From IMG/VR virus record IMGVR_UViG_3300045988_175974: a stretch of DNA of 64,000 nt. The stretch is one strand, 5' to 3'. This document shows positions 44,888-53,602 of the stretch, one piece after another. Positions within the stretch are counted from its first letter, which is position 1; each line of letters begins with the position of its first letter. The stretch is from a virus. The position numbers and the translations under genes are program-made. The notes below the pieces were generated by a model. It was not told where the DNA came from and searched no databases. It saw nothing but the letters and a program-made list of their open reading frames with translations.

Positions 44888-45462
44888 ATTCTCTTCTTTT
44901 TATTCTCTCCCTGTTGACCAGCGATTGAATCACTGGTCAGCAGGGGGTTATATTCATAATTGCCAAACTCTTGCGCTATTTCTAGCCTTTCAAACAACTG
45001 CTCTTCTTCAGATTTCTCAGAAAAGGAATGAGAGAAGAGATTTCTCATTGCCGCATAGAAGAAGTTATGACGGTTGCGATACAGCGTTGTGTAGCCATCA
45101 GCCAATCGAAATGGAAGGTGAGGGGGAGTTACGGGAAACAGCGACTTACCGAATACCGGCAGTACGCAGACTACCAACATCTGAGCATTATAACGTTCCT
45201 CCTGCTTATCTACTATAGTGAAAGAACACCGGAAACTTCTTTTTGGTTCTTCTGCCAGGGTTGTCGTATCACTGGTGAGATCAACCGGAATGAAATGAGA
45301 CTTGTCACCTACCAAAATACTTCCGTCATTAATCAAATTCTGACCAAACGTTTTTTCGATGTCTTCCTTTTTAATGAAAAAGCACTTATCAGATAAACCA
45401 GCCAGACGGTCTAAACCGTCCTCACCTAGCGTTTCTTTTAACATATTCATTTTATTATCCAT
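44884..45462 (-). CDS. hypothetical protein (C-terminus runs through hairpin repeat copy 8)
   Basis: 192-aa ORF ending ...LTSDSIAGQQGENKKKRI. Confidence 0.55.
   Translation of the reverse strand: MDNKMNMLKETLGEDGLDRLAGLSDKCFFIKKEDIEKTFGQNLINDGSILVGDKSHFIPVDLTSDTTTLAEEPKRSFRCSFTIVDKQEERYNAQMLVVCVLPVFGKSLFPVTPPHLPFRLADGYTTLYRNRHNFFYAAMRNLFSHSFSEKSEEEQLFERLEIAQEFGNYEYNPLLTSDSIAGQQGENKKKRI
44915..44947 (+). repeat. hairpin repeat copy 8 (most diverged)
   Basis: tgaccagcgattgaatcactggtcagcaggggg. Confidence 0.75.
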
Positions 45463-45468
45463 ACGCTG

Positions 45469-45930
45469 TTACTTTAAATGATTTTTCTCACAACAGAGAT
45501 ATACGTTTTTGATAATCTCACGGAAGACGGAACTCAGTTCACAGTTACGATAGAGGATTTCTGCGATATTTGCCTTCTCATCGGGAGAGGCTTCACCTTC
45601 CAGAATATTGGTGAGGCAATGACCGATATGTTGTTTACCACGGGTGTCTTTCGATATATGATCACCTTCGATATGATAAATACCAAGAGTGGTAAGCTGT
45701 AGAGGATGCTGCTTCTGGAAAGCCTTTATCTTATCACTAATTTCCTTCATGAGTTGGTCGAAATCCTCGGTAAGATGGTTTAAGCCTTTGGTGTAGGCGA
45801 TGAAATCATCCAGGGTTTCACGGTTATCCAACTGCGCTTTCAGTTCCTCTTTCGAGAGAACTAGATCGGGTTTCTGACGGAGCAGAGCTTCTATCTGCTC
45901 GTCGATATATTTTCTATCTTCTTGGTTCAT
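45469..45930 (-). CDS. hypothetical protein
   Basis: 153-aa ORF; starts 17 nt after hairpin copy 9. Confidence 0.55.
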   Translation of the reverse strand: MNQEDRKYIDEQIEALLRQKPDLVLSKEELKAQLDNRETLDDFIAYTKGLNHLTEDFDQLMKEISDKIKAFQKQHPLQLTTLGIYHIEGDHISKDTRGKQHIGHCLTNILEGEASPDEKANIAEILYRNCELSSVFREIIKNVYLCCEKNHLK

Positions 45931-45946
45931 GTCTTATTACTTTTTA

Positions 45947-45974
45947 AGACCAGCGATAGAATCGCTGGGAACGG
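45947..45974 (+). repeat. hairpin repeat copy 9
   Basis: agaccagcgatagaatcgctgggaacgg; ends 3 nt before the stop codon of 45978..46724. Confidence 0.95.
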
Positions 45975-45977
45975 TGA

Positions 45978-46724
45978 CTACTCTTCTATGAAATCCCGAT
46001 TATAATCATTTACATCAATGATGATAGGAATATTCAGGATAACACACGAGGCGAATGGCAGAGCTGCCATATCGGAAAATACACTATCATAGGATGGAAT
46101 CTCGATAGTTCTATCTTTCTCCTTGATAAGAATACTCTTGGCGGTGCGCCCGTAATTAAAGCCTTGGGTTGGAATACGGAAAACATTGTATCGGTTCTCA
46201 CTTATTTTCGCTTCTACCTTCATCAGGCAAATATCCAACTTTCTTTCCTCACCATCCTCAATGATGGTAAGAACACCATCTCTAATAGAAGCACCATACT
46301 CCTGATTATCGTCAAACTCAAACGTGATACCATCACCATATTGAGAAAACTCGCAGTTGTCATACACCTTATCTAATAGGCGGGATAACTTGACGGTACC
46401 GTCTTCCTCGGTAGGAATGCCCGATAGAACTTTACGGAATGATTTGCAGAAGGTACTAATGCAGGTCTGAGCTGCCATCTTATCTATCTCTGCAATAATT
46501 TCCTTGTTGACTATCTCGGCATAGCTAGGCAAAGAAAAACTTGCCATCGGAATGTTCTTCTGCAGGTACTCATGCACCTGTTTACGAAAAGGCGATGAAT
46601 AACCGGTGAAGTACTCCGTTATCTCTTTCTTGATACCTGCTCTTGCAGCTTCAACTACATCTTTTTTCAGTTCCTCGGAACTACCGATGAACTCTGAAAC
46701 TATCTTGCTTAAATTATCTTCCAT
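45978..46724 (-). CDS. hypothetical protein
   Basis: 248-aa ORF. Confidence 0.55.
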   Translation of the reverse strand: MEDNLSKIVSEFIGSSEELKKDVVEAARAGIKKEITEYFTGYSSPFRKQVHEYLQKNIPMASFSLPSYAEIVNKEIIAEIDKMAAQTCISTFCKSFRKVLSGIPTEEDGTVKLSRLLDKVYDNCEFSQYGDGITFEFDDNQEYGASIRDGVLTIIEDGEERKLDICLMKVEAKISENRYNVFRIPTQGFNYGRTAKSILIKEKDRTIEIPSYDSVFSDMAALPFASCVILNIPIIIDVNDYNRDFIEE

Positions 46725-46736
46725 TATTTTTCATTT

Positions 46737-47063
46737 TTATCTGTTTGATTTTCTTGGGCCAGCGATGGAATCGCTGGAGACGGGGGTTAGAGAGGTGACA
46801 GCTTGCTTCTTGGCCTGGCAGGGGCAGGAGGCTGAGTGAATGCAACAGGTGGAGCCTCTGTCGGTTTCAAAGATGATATACTCGTGACCTTTTGAAGTTA
46901 CGGTAATGCTACTACCTTTTATGCGGTTGTCGTCTCCTTTCACATCGGTGATGAGCGCGTGAATAAGCATATAGAGCATACCCAGCATAAATGCTATAAA
47001 TATTATATCCCTGGTTGTTGCTTTAAACTCATAAAAGAGTTTCTTTAACTTTGTTTTATCCAT
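46737..47063 (-). CDS. small membrane protein (C-terminus runs through hairpin repeat copy 10)
   Basis: 108 aa; hydrophobic segment IIFIAFMLGMLYMLIHALI; ends ...TPVSSDSIAGPRKSNR. Confidence 0.5.
   Translation of the reverse strand: MDKTKLKKLFYEFKATTRDIIFIAFMLGMLYMLIHALITDVKGDDNRIKGSSITVTSKGHEYIIFETDRGSTCCIHSASCPCQAKKQAVTSLTPVSSDSIAGPRKSNR
46756..46786 (+). repeat. hairpin repeat copy 10
   Basis: gggccagcgatggaatcgctggagacggggg. Confidence 0.9.
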
Positions 47064-47079
47064 ATCATTTCGTTTTTAT

Positions 47080-47709
47080 TTAATCTTCTAATAGAGACTG
47101 AGGAACCTTCAGTTCCTCGCAACCGCAGAGACGGAGGAAATGCTGCAGGTCGTGAATGCTTATTGACTGCATGACTCCTACCCCGCCAAAGAGCACAAGA
47201 CCCTTTTCTTTACTAAAATGGTAAGTTTTGGCTACTATTTTTGCAACCGTAACCGTGCCTTTCGACTCATTGAGACAAGTGAACCAATCTAAGCCTTCTC
47301 TGCATAAACGCTGATATACTCCCTCATCCTCGTAATGCAGTTCGTAAACTACAATATTATATTTGCGGTTTAAACGCTTGGCAGAGAACTTATACTGATA
47401 AGAGAAAGAGAGATCTCCTTCCGTTTGCCTTAAATCATTACAAGGAGTGAACACCTGCGGATTCTCCTTCAGCCAATCCTCGGTTATCGGCACGAGGTAA
47501 AGGTCTTCATACTCTCTACTAACCGTGCGTCCTGTCTGCGCAAAGATGATAGAACAAAACTCATCATCCTGCTGGTCGATATACGCCAACTGATTGCCCT
47601 GCGATGGGTCGTTAAGAGATACCGGAGCATAGACGTAATCGCCCAACTGGAAATCGTGCGGTCCGTACTTAATGGGTTCGGAACCGCTTATCTTTATTTT
47701 ATTTGCCAT
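47080..47709 (-). CDS. hypothetical protein
   Basis: 209-aa ORF. Confidence 0.55.
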   Translation of the reverse strand: MANKIKISGSEPIKYGPHDFQLGDYVYAPVSLNDPSQGNQLAYIDQQDDEFCSIIFAQTGRTVSREYEDLYLVPITEDWLKENPQVFTPCNDLRQTEGDLSFSYQYKFSAKRLNRKYNIVVYELHYEDEGVYQRLCREGLDWFTCLNESKGTVTVAKIVAKTYHFSKEKGLVLFGGVGVMQSISIHDLQHFLRLCGCEELKVPQSLLED

Positions 47710-47717
47710 GATTATTT

Positions 47718-48422
47718 TTATTTGTTATTTTTCTTTTTCATTCTCTCCAGACTGCTATTCAAAGTCTCCTTGATAACATCTTCGGGCAGGTGCTCGATAT
47801 TCAGATCAGCCTCGGAAACGTAGCGGGAAAGCAACTCGTGATAGAAATCCTTGATTCTATCCCTCTCGAAAGTTTCGTAAGGAACGAAATCTACCATTTC
47901 CGCAGAAGTCATTTCTCCCTCCGTGATAGCACACCTAGCAATATTGATACCGCCAGGCCATACGGAGAGAACATAATTTTCGAGGATTGCCATCTTGCTC
48001 TTGAAAGCCGGAATCTTGGCTAACTCCTGCGCTATCTGTGATTCAGAAAGCTTCTTGTAACCATATATCGACGGGATGTAGGTGCTTACGAAGCTGGGCT
48101 GAAAACGGATTTTGTTACGATAGAACGCCCAAACACCGTTCTTTGACTTGACGAGCATATCCGAGTCGGTGGTACCATCCTCATGATGGAACACTACGGC
48201 ATAAAGATGATGAGTGTCGTTACGGAAAACAAATTCCACATCGGCTTCTGCATGCTCTACCTCTCGTGGTTCCGACATTCGCTTGATGGCATTATTGAAC
48301 TTTAGATAGGCTGACCTATCGGTGTATTCGTCACCATAGAAGGTGGGCATCACGGCAACCGGGTCGTTATTGTCATCCTTCGGAAATGCCAGGCTCTTGG
48401 GATTGATGATTCCTTGATCCAT
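47718..48422 (-). CDS. hypothetical protein
   Basis: 234-aa ORF. Confidence 0.55.
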   Translation of the reverse strand: MDQGIINPKSLAFPKDDNNDPVAVMPTFYGDEYTDRSAYLKFNNAIKRMSEPREVEHAEADVEFVFRNDTHHLYAVVFHHEDGTTDSDMLVKSKNGVWAFYRNKIRFQPSFVSTYIPSIYGYKKLSESQIAQELAKIPAFKSKMAILENYVLSVWPGGINIARCAITEGEMTSAEMVDFVPYETFERDRIKDFYHELLSRYVSEADLNIEHLPEDVIKETLNSSLERMKKKNNK

Positions 48423-48435
48423 ACACTACCCTCCT

Positions 48436-49509
48436 CTATTTGTTGTAATCTACTACGATGTTGTACTTGGCGAGAACGGGGACCAGGCCAGTCATTACGC
48501 CTTTGCCCAGAAGTGGAACGGCATCGAGCACACTATATGGGATAACCTTCTTCTTAGGAAGCTGCTCACGGGTGGCTTCCTCCTCTAGAAGTTTCTTGTA
48601 GGTTTCCAACTCCTTGTCGGCATCATCGCGCTCATCCAGGGCTTTCTTGTATTTAGTATTCAGCTCATCGTACTGGCTCTGGGCTTCCTTTGCTTCCAGC
48701 TTCAGCTTGGAGATGTAATCGCTGGCTTTTTTCGCTGTAGTATAGGCATCATCGATTTTCTGCTGCAGGGCGGTGACTTCTTTCTGATGCTGAGATTTCT
48801 GATCTTCTAGCTGATGCTGAAGAGTGGCGAGCTTCTGGCGAAGGGCATCGGTATCGGTGGCGGTGTGAATGAAATCAAACAGGCGCTCGATGTTCTGCTT
48901 TAGCTGGGAGCAGGTATCGGAGGTGGTGGCGATGAGGGCTGCGGCTTCTTCGGCGGTTAGGGTATAGCCGGGGGTTTGACCAGCGATGGAATCGCTGGGA
49001 ACGGGGGCGCTCTCCTCGGCTGACTGCAGGGCTTCCTTCTTTGCTGCTTCCTCGGCTGCTTTTTCGGCGGCCTTTTCCTCGGCTTGCTGCTCCTGCACCA
49101 TAGCGATGGCGGAAGGCATATCGGAGAGTTTATCGTAATAGGCTTCATCCTGGGAACCCAGGGAGAGGCGGCCTTCATAGGTTTCCCATAGGCCGTTGTC
49201 GATGAGGTAGTAGATGGCAGAGAGGACGATGCGGTCTCCGTGTTCCTCGATGTAGGTATTGAGAGGGGCTACCCATTCTTTTTCTACCACGTCTTTGAGC
49301 CATTCCTTGTAGATAATGCCATTCAGATCCTTCTTGTCTTTCTCGTCGGCATAGCAGGAGGCGATGCGGGGGAGAATATAGAGAGGTTCAGCCTTCTGTA
49401 GGAAGTTCTCGAAGTTGATTCCGAGTGCCTGGCGAACCACGTTGCTCACGCTCTTGTATTTATACTTCTTGAGTAATGAGCGGAGAATATTCTGTTGTTT
49501 TGTGTTCAT
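48436..49509 (-). CDS. hypothetical two-domain protein with coiled-coil C-terminal half (hairpin repeat copy 11 in the linker)
   Basis: The track ORF extends to 49656 but overlaps the upstream gene. The ATG at 49509 (MNTKQQNILRS...) avoids the overlap. The repeat is read as APVPSDSIAGQTPG. Confidence 0.55.
   Translation of the reverse strand: MNTKQQNILRSLLKKYKYKSVSNVVRQALGINFENFLQKAEPLYILPRIASCYADEKDKKDLNGIIYKEWLKDVVEKEWVAPLNTYIEEHGDRIVLSAIYYLIDNGLWETYEGRLSLGSQDEAYYDKLSDMPSAIAMVQEQQAEEKAAEKAAEEAAKKEALQSAEESAPVPSDSIAGQTPGYTLTAEEAAALIATTSDTCSQLKQNIERLFDFIHTATDTDALRQKLATLQHQLEDQKSQHQKEVTALQQKIDDAYTTAKKASDYISKLKLEAKEAQSQYDELNTKYKKALDERDDADKELETYKKLLEEEATREQLPKKKVIPYSVLDAVPLLGKGVMTGLVPVLAKYNIVVDYNK
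48977..49008 (+). repeat. hairpin repeat copy 11 (intragenic)
   Basis: tgaccagcgatggaatcgctgggaacgggggc. Confidence 0.95.
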
Positions 49510-49543
49510 TTTTTTATTATTGTTTATTTTATATTTCTGGAAC

Positions 49544-50029
49544 TCATGCTTCAACCTCTTGTGCCGGGTCTGCTGGCCAGCCATCCTCCTGATAGCATGA
49601 ATTATGTTCTTCGGCTGACATCTCACGGCGGTTGTCGTAATATACAGGCTGCTCACCCGCGGCTACTCGCTCCTTGTTGTACTCAGAAAAGGCTATGGCT
49701 AACTTATCCATATATTCCTCGTTGGCACGGCGTTTAGCAATCTTGTAGTCTTGGGTAGCTTTCTGATACTGAGCGTGAGCATCGGCACGCTCGGCATCCT
49801 GCAGGACGAAGAAAGATTTCTTTTCCAAGGTCTGCTTGCTCAGAAACTCTTTCAGGCAGGATTTCTGATTCTCCTTGAACTCCCCTTCTTTCTCCACGAT
49901 TTCCTTCTTACGCTTCGCAAAGGCAGCCCCCCCATCGGTCTTGATTTTTAAAGCTGCATCCTGCTTGTCATCTCTCTCCTTACGCAACGGCGCAAGGACT
50001 TCTTTCTGAAATTGTTCTAATGTTCTCAT
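49544..50029 (-). CDS. hypothetical protein
   Basis: 161-aa ORF. Confidence 0.5.
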   Translation of the reverse strand: MRTLEQFQKEVLAPLRKERDDKQDAALKIKTDGGAAFAKRKKEIVEKEGEFKENQKSCLKEFLSKQTLEKKSFFVLQDAERADAHAQYQKATQDYKIAKRRANEEYMDKLAIAFSEYNKERVAAGEQPVYYDNRREMSAEEHNSCYQEDGWPADPAQEVEA

Positions 50030-50067
50030 ATCTCTATAAATCCTTTAATGTATTAAAAACTTTCTTT

Positions 50068-50451
50068 CTAGTCAAAAAGCGAAGGGTTTTGAGCCTTCAA
50101 CTTCGCTTCTTTCGCTGCCTTCATTTTCTCCTCGTAACCTTTCTTCACTTCGGCAGCATCAGTGAGACGTTGCTTCAAATCCTTGCGGGACATCAAAGGA
50201 TTTGCCTTGACGATGGAGATAAACAAATCTCTGCCCAGCTTCTTGTAGAGAGGAATAAACTCCTTATCCACCAAATCGGCTTGGACGTTTTCAGGTGAGA
50301 GGTCGCCACAAAACGGCTGACCTTTCTCATTCACAATCAGGAAATGGCGCTTGTCATCTCCAGGTTCTGATATATCTATGCCTCCGGAATATCTGGCTAC
50401 ACTCAGTTGGCTATACAGCCAAAATCCCTTGGCGAATATAACTGCTCTCAT
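50068..50451 (-). CDS. hypothetical protein
   Basis: 127-aa ORF. Confidence 0.5.
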   Translation of the reverse strand: MRAVIFAKGFWLYSQLSVARYSGGIDISEPGDDKRHFLIVNEKGQPFCGDLSPENVQADLVDKEFIPLYKKLGRDLFISIVKANPLMSRKDLKQRLTDAAEVKKGYEEKMKAAKEAKLKAQNPSLFD

Positions 50452-50457
50452 AAGCTC

Positions 50458-51015
50458 TTATCCTTGGGACAATTCATTCTTGATTTCATCCCACATTGCC
50501 ATTTCCACCTTCTTGCCATCGTAATGACCAACAGCTACGAGCTGACCACCTTCCTGGGTTGCCTCCTGCTCTGATACGGCATTGCTGCGGATGATCATAA
50601 TATCGAACTCGTGAATAGCATTCAGAATGCTGCTGATGTCGATATGCTGAATCTCTTCTCTCGCATTCTGACGGATGCGCTGAATATCAGCATCGGTAAG
50701 TTTGGTCTTGGTCTGCTCCTGCGCCTTTCTTACGGCTGCCGTTTCCAGGTCGATGCGCTGCTGCTCGTAGGCATCGCTTATCAGTTCAGCGTTCTTATAC
50801 TGAGCTACGAGGTCGAGGAACTTCATGAAGTCCTTTCTGCCCTGCGACATCATAACGATGGCAAGGCTCTGCTCCAACAGAAGGGTCTTGCCCTTTACCT
50901 GCCAGTGAAGCAGACCGTCACGCTCTAACTTCTTGAGTGTCGATACAGCGCTGGAGATATGTCTCAGACGCTTGACTGACAACTTCTGTCTGATTCTCTT
51001 AAATGGATTCCACAT
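50458..51015 (-). CDS. hypothetical protein
   Basis: 185-aa ORF. Confidence 0.5.
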   Translation of the reverse strand: MWNPFKRIRQKLSVKRLRHISSAVSTLKKLERDGLLHWQVKGKTLLLEQSLAIVMMSQGRKDFMKFLDLVAQYKNAELISDAYEQQRIDLETAAVRKAQEQTKTKLTDADIQRIRQNAREEIQHIDISSILNAIHEFDIMIIRSNAVSEQEATQEGGQLVAVGHYDGKKVEMAMWDEIKNELSQG

Positions 51016-51246
51016 TGTTTATATCTTGTTTTTAAAATGAATACTCAGTTAAGAAAAAGCGCCCTATTCTCACGAACCAGGGAGGTGCAGGAGACATGGT
51101 AAGACCCTGCATTGCTTTTTACCTTACACAAACTTTATTACCTTGTTATGCAGCCTTTCGCTAAAGGCTTATTTCTCAAAAATTCACCTAAAAAAAGATG
51201 AACACTTTAGAGTTTAGAAACCGTATTTTGATCTATTCTGAAAACT

Positions 51247-51558
51247 TTAATGGGTGATGAACCTGGTACCATCTACTTCCAGTACCAGTATATCATTCAC
51301 TACCCTGATTTCTCCGCTCTTGACGAACTGCACCTTTCTCTGGTGGCGCATAATATCCACCTTCAGACAGACGCATTCGCCCTCATCTACGTGTCCGGTC
51401 TTGGTGAGGAATTTGATGTAGAACGGCTTGCGCTCTACCTTCCTCGCTGTCTGCGGATGCACATAGCCAGTAACCTGCTGACCGCTGCGTGGGTCTATCC
51501 ACTGCCACTTTTCGCAGAACTGGCGGAGGTTCTGATAGGACTGATGATATTTTGCCAT
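51247..51558 (-). CDS. hypothetical protein
   Basis: 103-aa ORF. Confidence 0.5.
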   Translation of the reverse strand: MAKYHQSYQNLRQFCEKWQWIDPRSGQQVTGYVHPQTARKVERKPFYIKFLTKTGHVDEGECVCLKVDIMRHQRKVQFVKSGEIRVVNDILVLEVDGTRFITH

Positions 51559-51589
51559 AACAACACTTTATTTATCGGTTTATAAATGC

Positions 51590-52306
51590 CTACATCATTC
51601 CACCGAAATCGTGATAGTCACGATGACTTTCCTGCTCCTTGTCTTCCGGATAAGGCGGCAAGTTCGCATGCAGAAATCGGTCGAGGATCATACTCCTTAC
51701 CTCCAGCTTGCTCTTGGCTACCCGCTGCCGGTGTCGCAATATATCAGGCAAACAGATATTCCGAAGCGGGTTCGACCAGTCGGAGGCATTGCTGCAAGCC
51801 GAATAGTCAGGATAGAGGACCATTGCGTAATGCGACAGCTTGCCGTTAGGGGCATCGAGCATCGGCCCCGCCAGGGTAAAAGCCTTCTCCTCGTTGTAGA
51901 GAACCAGGTGCGAGGTCTGAGTGCTTACGTCCTTGTGGCTGGTGTATAAGATGCGGTCCTTATACTCCTGCAGATGAACATCTATCCAGTCTTCCACATT
52001 CTTGTCGGTGGAGAGTACCAGGTGTGTGATCCATTCCCGCTCGAAGCAGGTGCGTAGATACTGGACCATATATCCGGTGGCAGATGTTCTGCTTACGGTC
52101 ATCGCCAGTACCATCACGCAGAAATGGTTCTTCACTGTGCGGTTAGGTGTCGTATCAGTCAAATACCCGATGGCGTGGAAGAATTTATCCAGCAGCACAT
52201 CGCCGTGAGTATAGAAGCTCAATGCCCGCCGTGGAGCCTGCATCACTGCCTTGGGCAGCTTCTTATCTACACAGCAGGGAGGTATGAATAACAAAGTATC
52301 ATCCAT
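51590..52306 (-). CDS. hypothetical protein
   Basis: 238-aa ORF. Confidence 0.55.
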   Translation of the reverse strand: MDDTLLFIPPCCVDKKLPKAVMQAPRRALSFYTHGDVLLDKFFHAIGYLTDTTPNRTVKNHFCVMVLAMTVSRTSATGYMVQYLRTCFEREWITHLVLSTDKNVEDWIDVHLQEYKDRILYTSHKDVSTQTSHLVLYNEEKAFTLAGPMLDAPNGKLSHYAMVLYPDYSACSNASDWSNPLRNICLPDILRHRQRVAKSKLEVRSMILDRFLHANLPPYPEDKEQESHRDYHDFGGMM

Positions 52307-52333
52307 AATCTTATCAGTATTTCTGAGAATATA

Positions 52334-53530
52334 TTATTCGTTCAAAATCATCGGCATGAGCAGGGTCAATGCTCGGGGTGAAGACTCGTTGGCGGTGACG
52401 ACTCCTGCACGGCTTGGGTCGCCCAGATGAAGGGTGACGGTATCACTTGGGATTGGTGCCAGGACATCGAGCAGACTGCTCGCCTTGAAACCGATGCTAT
52501 GACCTTCCGGACAGGTGCCGTCGGTGATGAGCACCTGGTCGTTGGCTGACATATTGAAGTCTAAGTCCTGGGCAGAAATATCGAGGAACATGCCGTCCTT
52601 CTTCAGGACGATCAGGTTGCTGCTCGCGCTGGAGAAGAGTGCCACACGCTTCACTACGCTTGCCAACTCCCGCTTATCTACTGTAACCTTATAAGGGTTG
52701 TTGCGAGGAATCACGGAATTGTAGTTAGGGTATTGGCCCTCTGCCTTCTTGCAGACGAAGGTAATGTCACCTGCCGTGAATCTCACCATGCTCTCATTTG
52801 CCTCAATATCAATATCCTCTTCACCATCGAAAGCTGAAAAAGTCTTGAAGAAGGAGCTATATACGAGAATCTTTCCCGGTGTTCCGCTACGGAAGAAATT
52901 GCTGCCTCCTGTATCAGGATTGTTGGTATGAATCAGTTTGATGAGGACGTGACCGTTTGAAGCTACAAAGATAACTTCACTTCTATCCTCGGCTACATCG
53001 ATGCAGAGGCATCTCATCACTGGGCGAAGCTCGGAATCGGATACAAACTTGCCGGCATGAGAGAGCACATTGCTGAAGGTTGCCATCGGCAGGGAGATGT
53101 GAAGACTGGCATTATCGGGCTGCGCTGCACGAGGGAATGATTCTGCGCTGAAATATACCAGACTGACGTTACCCTTCTTGACGTTATCGCCATTCTGAGT
53201 GCAGTACTCAATATTCATTGTGCGATTCTTATCCTCAGAGAGGTCCATGGTGACTACGCAGTCAGCAGGGAGTGTGGAGAGGAGAGACAACAGAGACGTG
53301 ATAGGCAGAACGACATTTTCCTTAAAGCTGCCCTCTACGATGCTGAGAGGGGCAGGGATGGTGAGCTCCGAATCTGTAGTTGCTGATACGAAGAAGAACT
53401 TACCGTCTTCCTTGCGCTGGGTTAAGAGCACGTTGCTCAAGATGGCGATAGCAGTCTTGCTGTCGATACACTTCGCAGCTTTCTGTAGAGCCTGACGAAG
53501 CAAGAGGGATGATTGCGCTTGTATTTTCAT
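52334..53530 (-). CDS. dnaN: DNA polymerase III beta sliding clamp homologue
   Basis: 398 aa. The N-terminus MKIQAQSSLLLRQALQKAAKCIDSKTAIAILSNVLL...SATTDSEL parallels the bacterial DnaN pattern (..L...L..V...I..K...PIL.N.LL...TD.E). Length is right for three clamp domains. Confidence 0.7.
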   Translation of the reverse strand: MKIQAQSSLLLRQALQKAAKCIDSKTAIAILSNVLLTQRKEDGKFFFVSATTDSELTIPAPLSIVEGSFKENVVLPITSLLSLLSTLPADCVVTMDLSEDKNRTMNIEYCTQNGDNVKKGNVSLVYFSAESFPRAAQPDNASLHISLPMATFSNVLSHAGKFVSDSELRPVMRCLCIDVAEDRSEVIFVASNGHVLIKLIHTNNPDTGGSNFFRSGTPGKILVYSSFFKTFSAFDGEEDIDIEANESMVRFTAGDITFVCKKAEGQYPNYNSVIPRNNPYKVTVDKRELASVVKRVALFSSASSNLIVLKKDGMFLDISAQDLDFNMSANDQVLITDGTCPEGHSIGFKASSLLDVLAPIPSDTVTLHLGDPSRAGVVTANESSPRALTLLMPMILNE

Positions 53531-53571
53531 TTTGCTTTTATTTTTTATAGAAATTATATTTTCTTGTTTAT

Positions 53572-53599
53572 GGACCAGCGATAGAATCGCTGGGAACGG
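53572..53599 (+). repeat. hairpin repeat copy 12
   Basis: ggaccagcgatagaatcgctgggaacgg; ends 3 nt before the primase-helicase stop codon; 42 nt upstream of dnaN ATG 53530. Confidence 0.95.
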
Positions 53600-53602
53600 T
53601 GG

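Noticed and set aside
48436-49656. The full 406-aa version of this ORF.
   Set aside because: The first 49 codons overlap the 3' end of 49544..50029 and are Arg/Lys-rich. The ATG at 49509 gives a non-overlapping gene with a typical A-rich upstream context.
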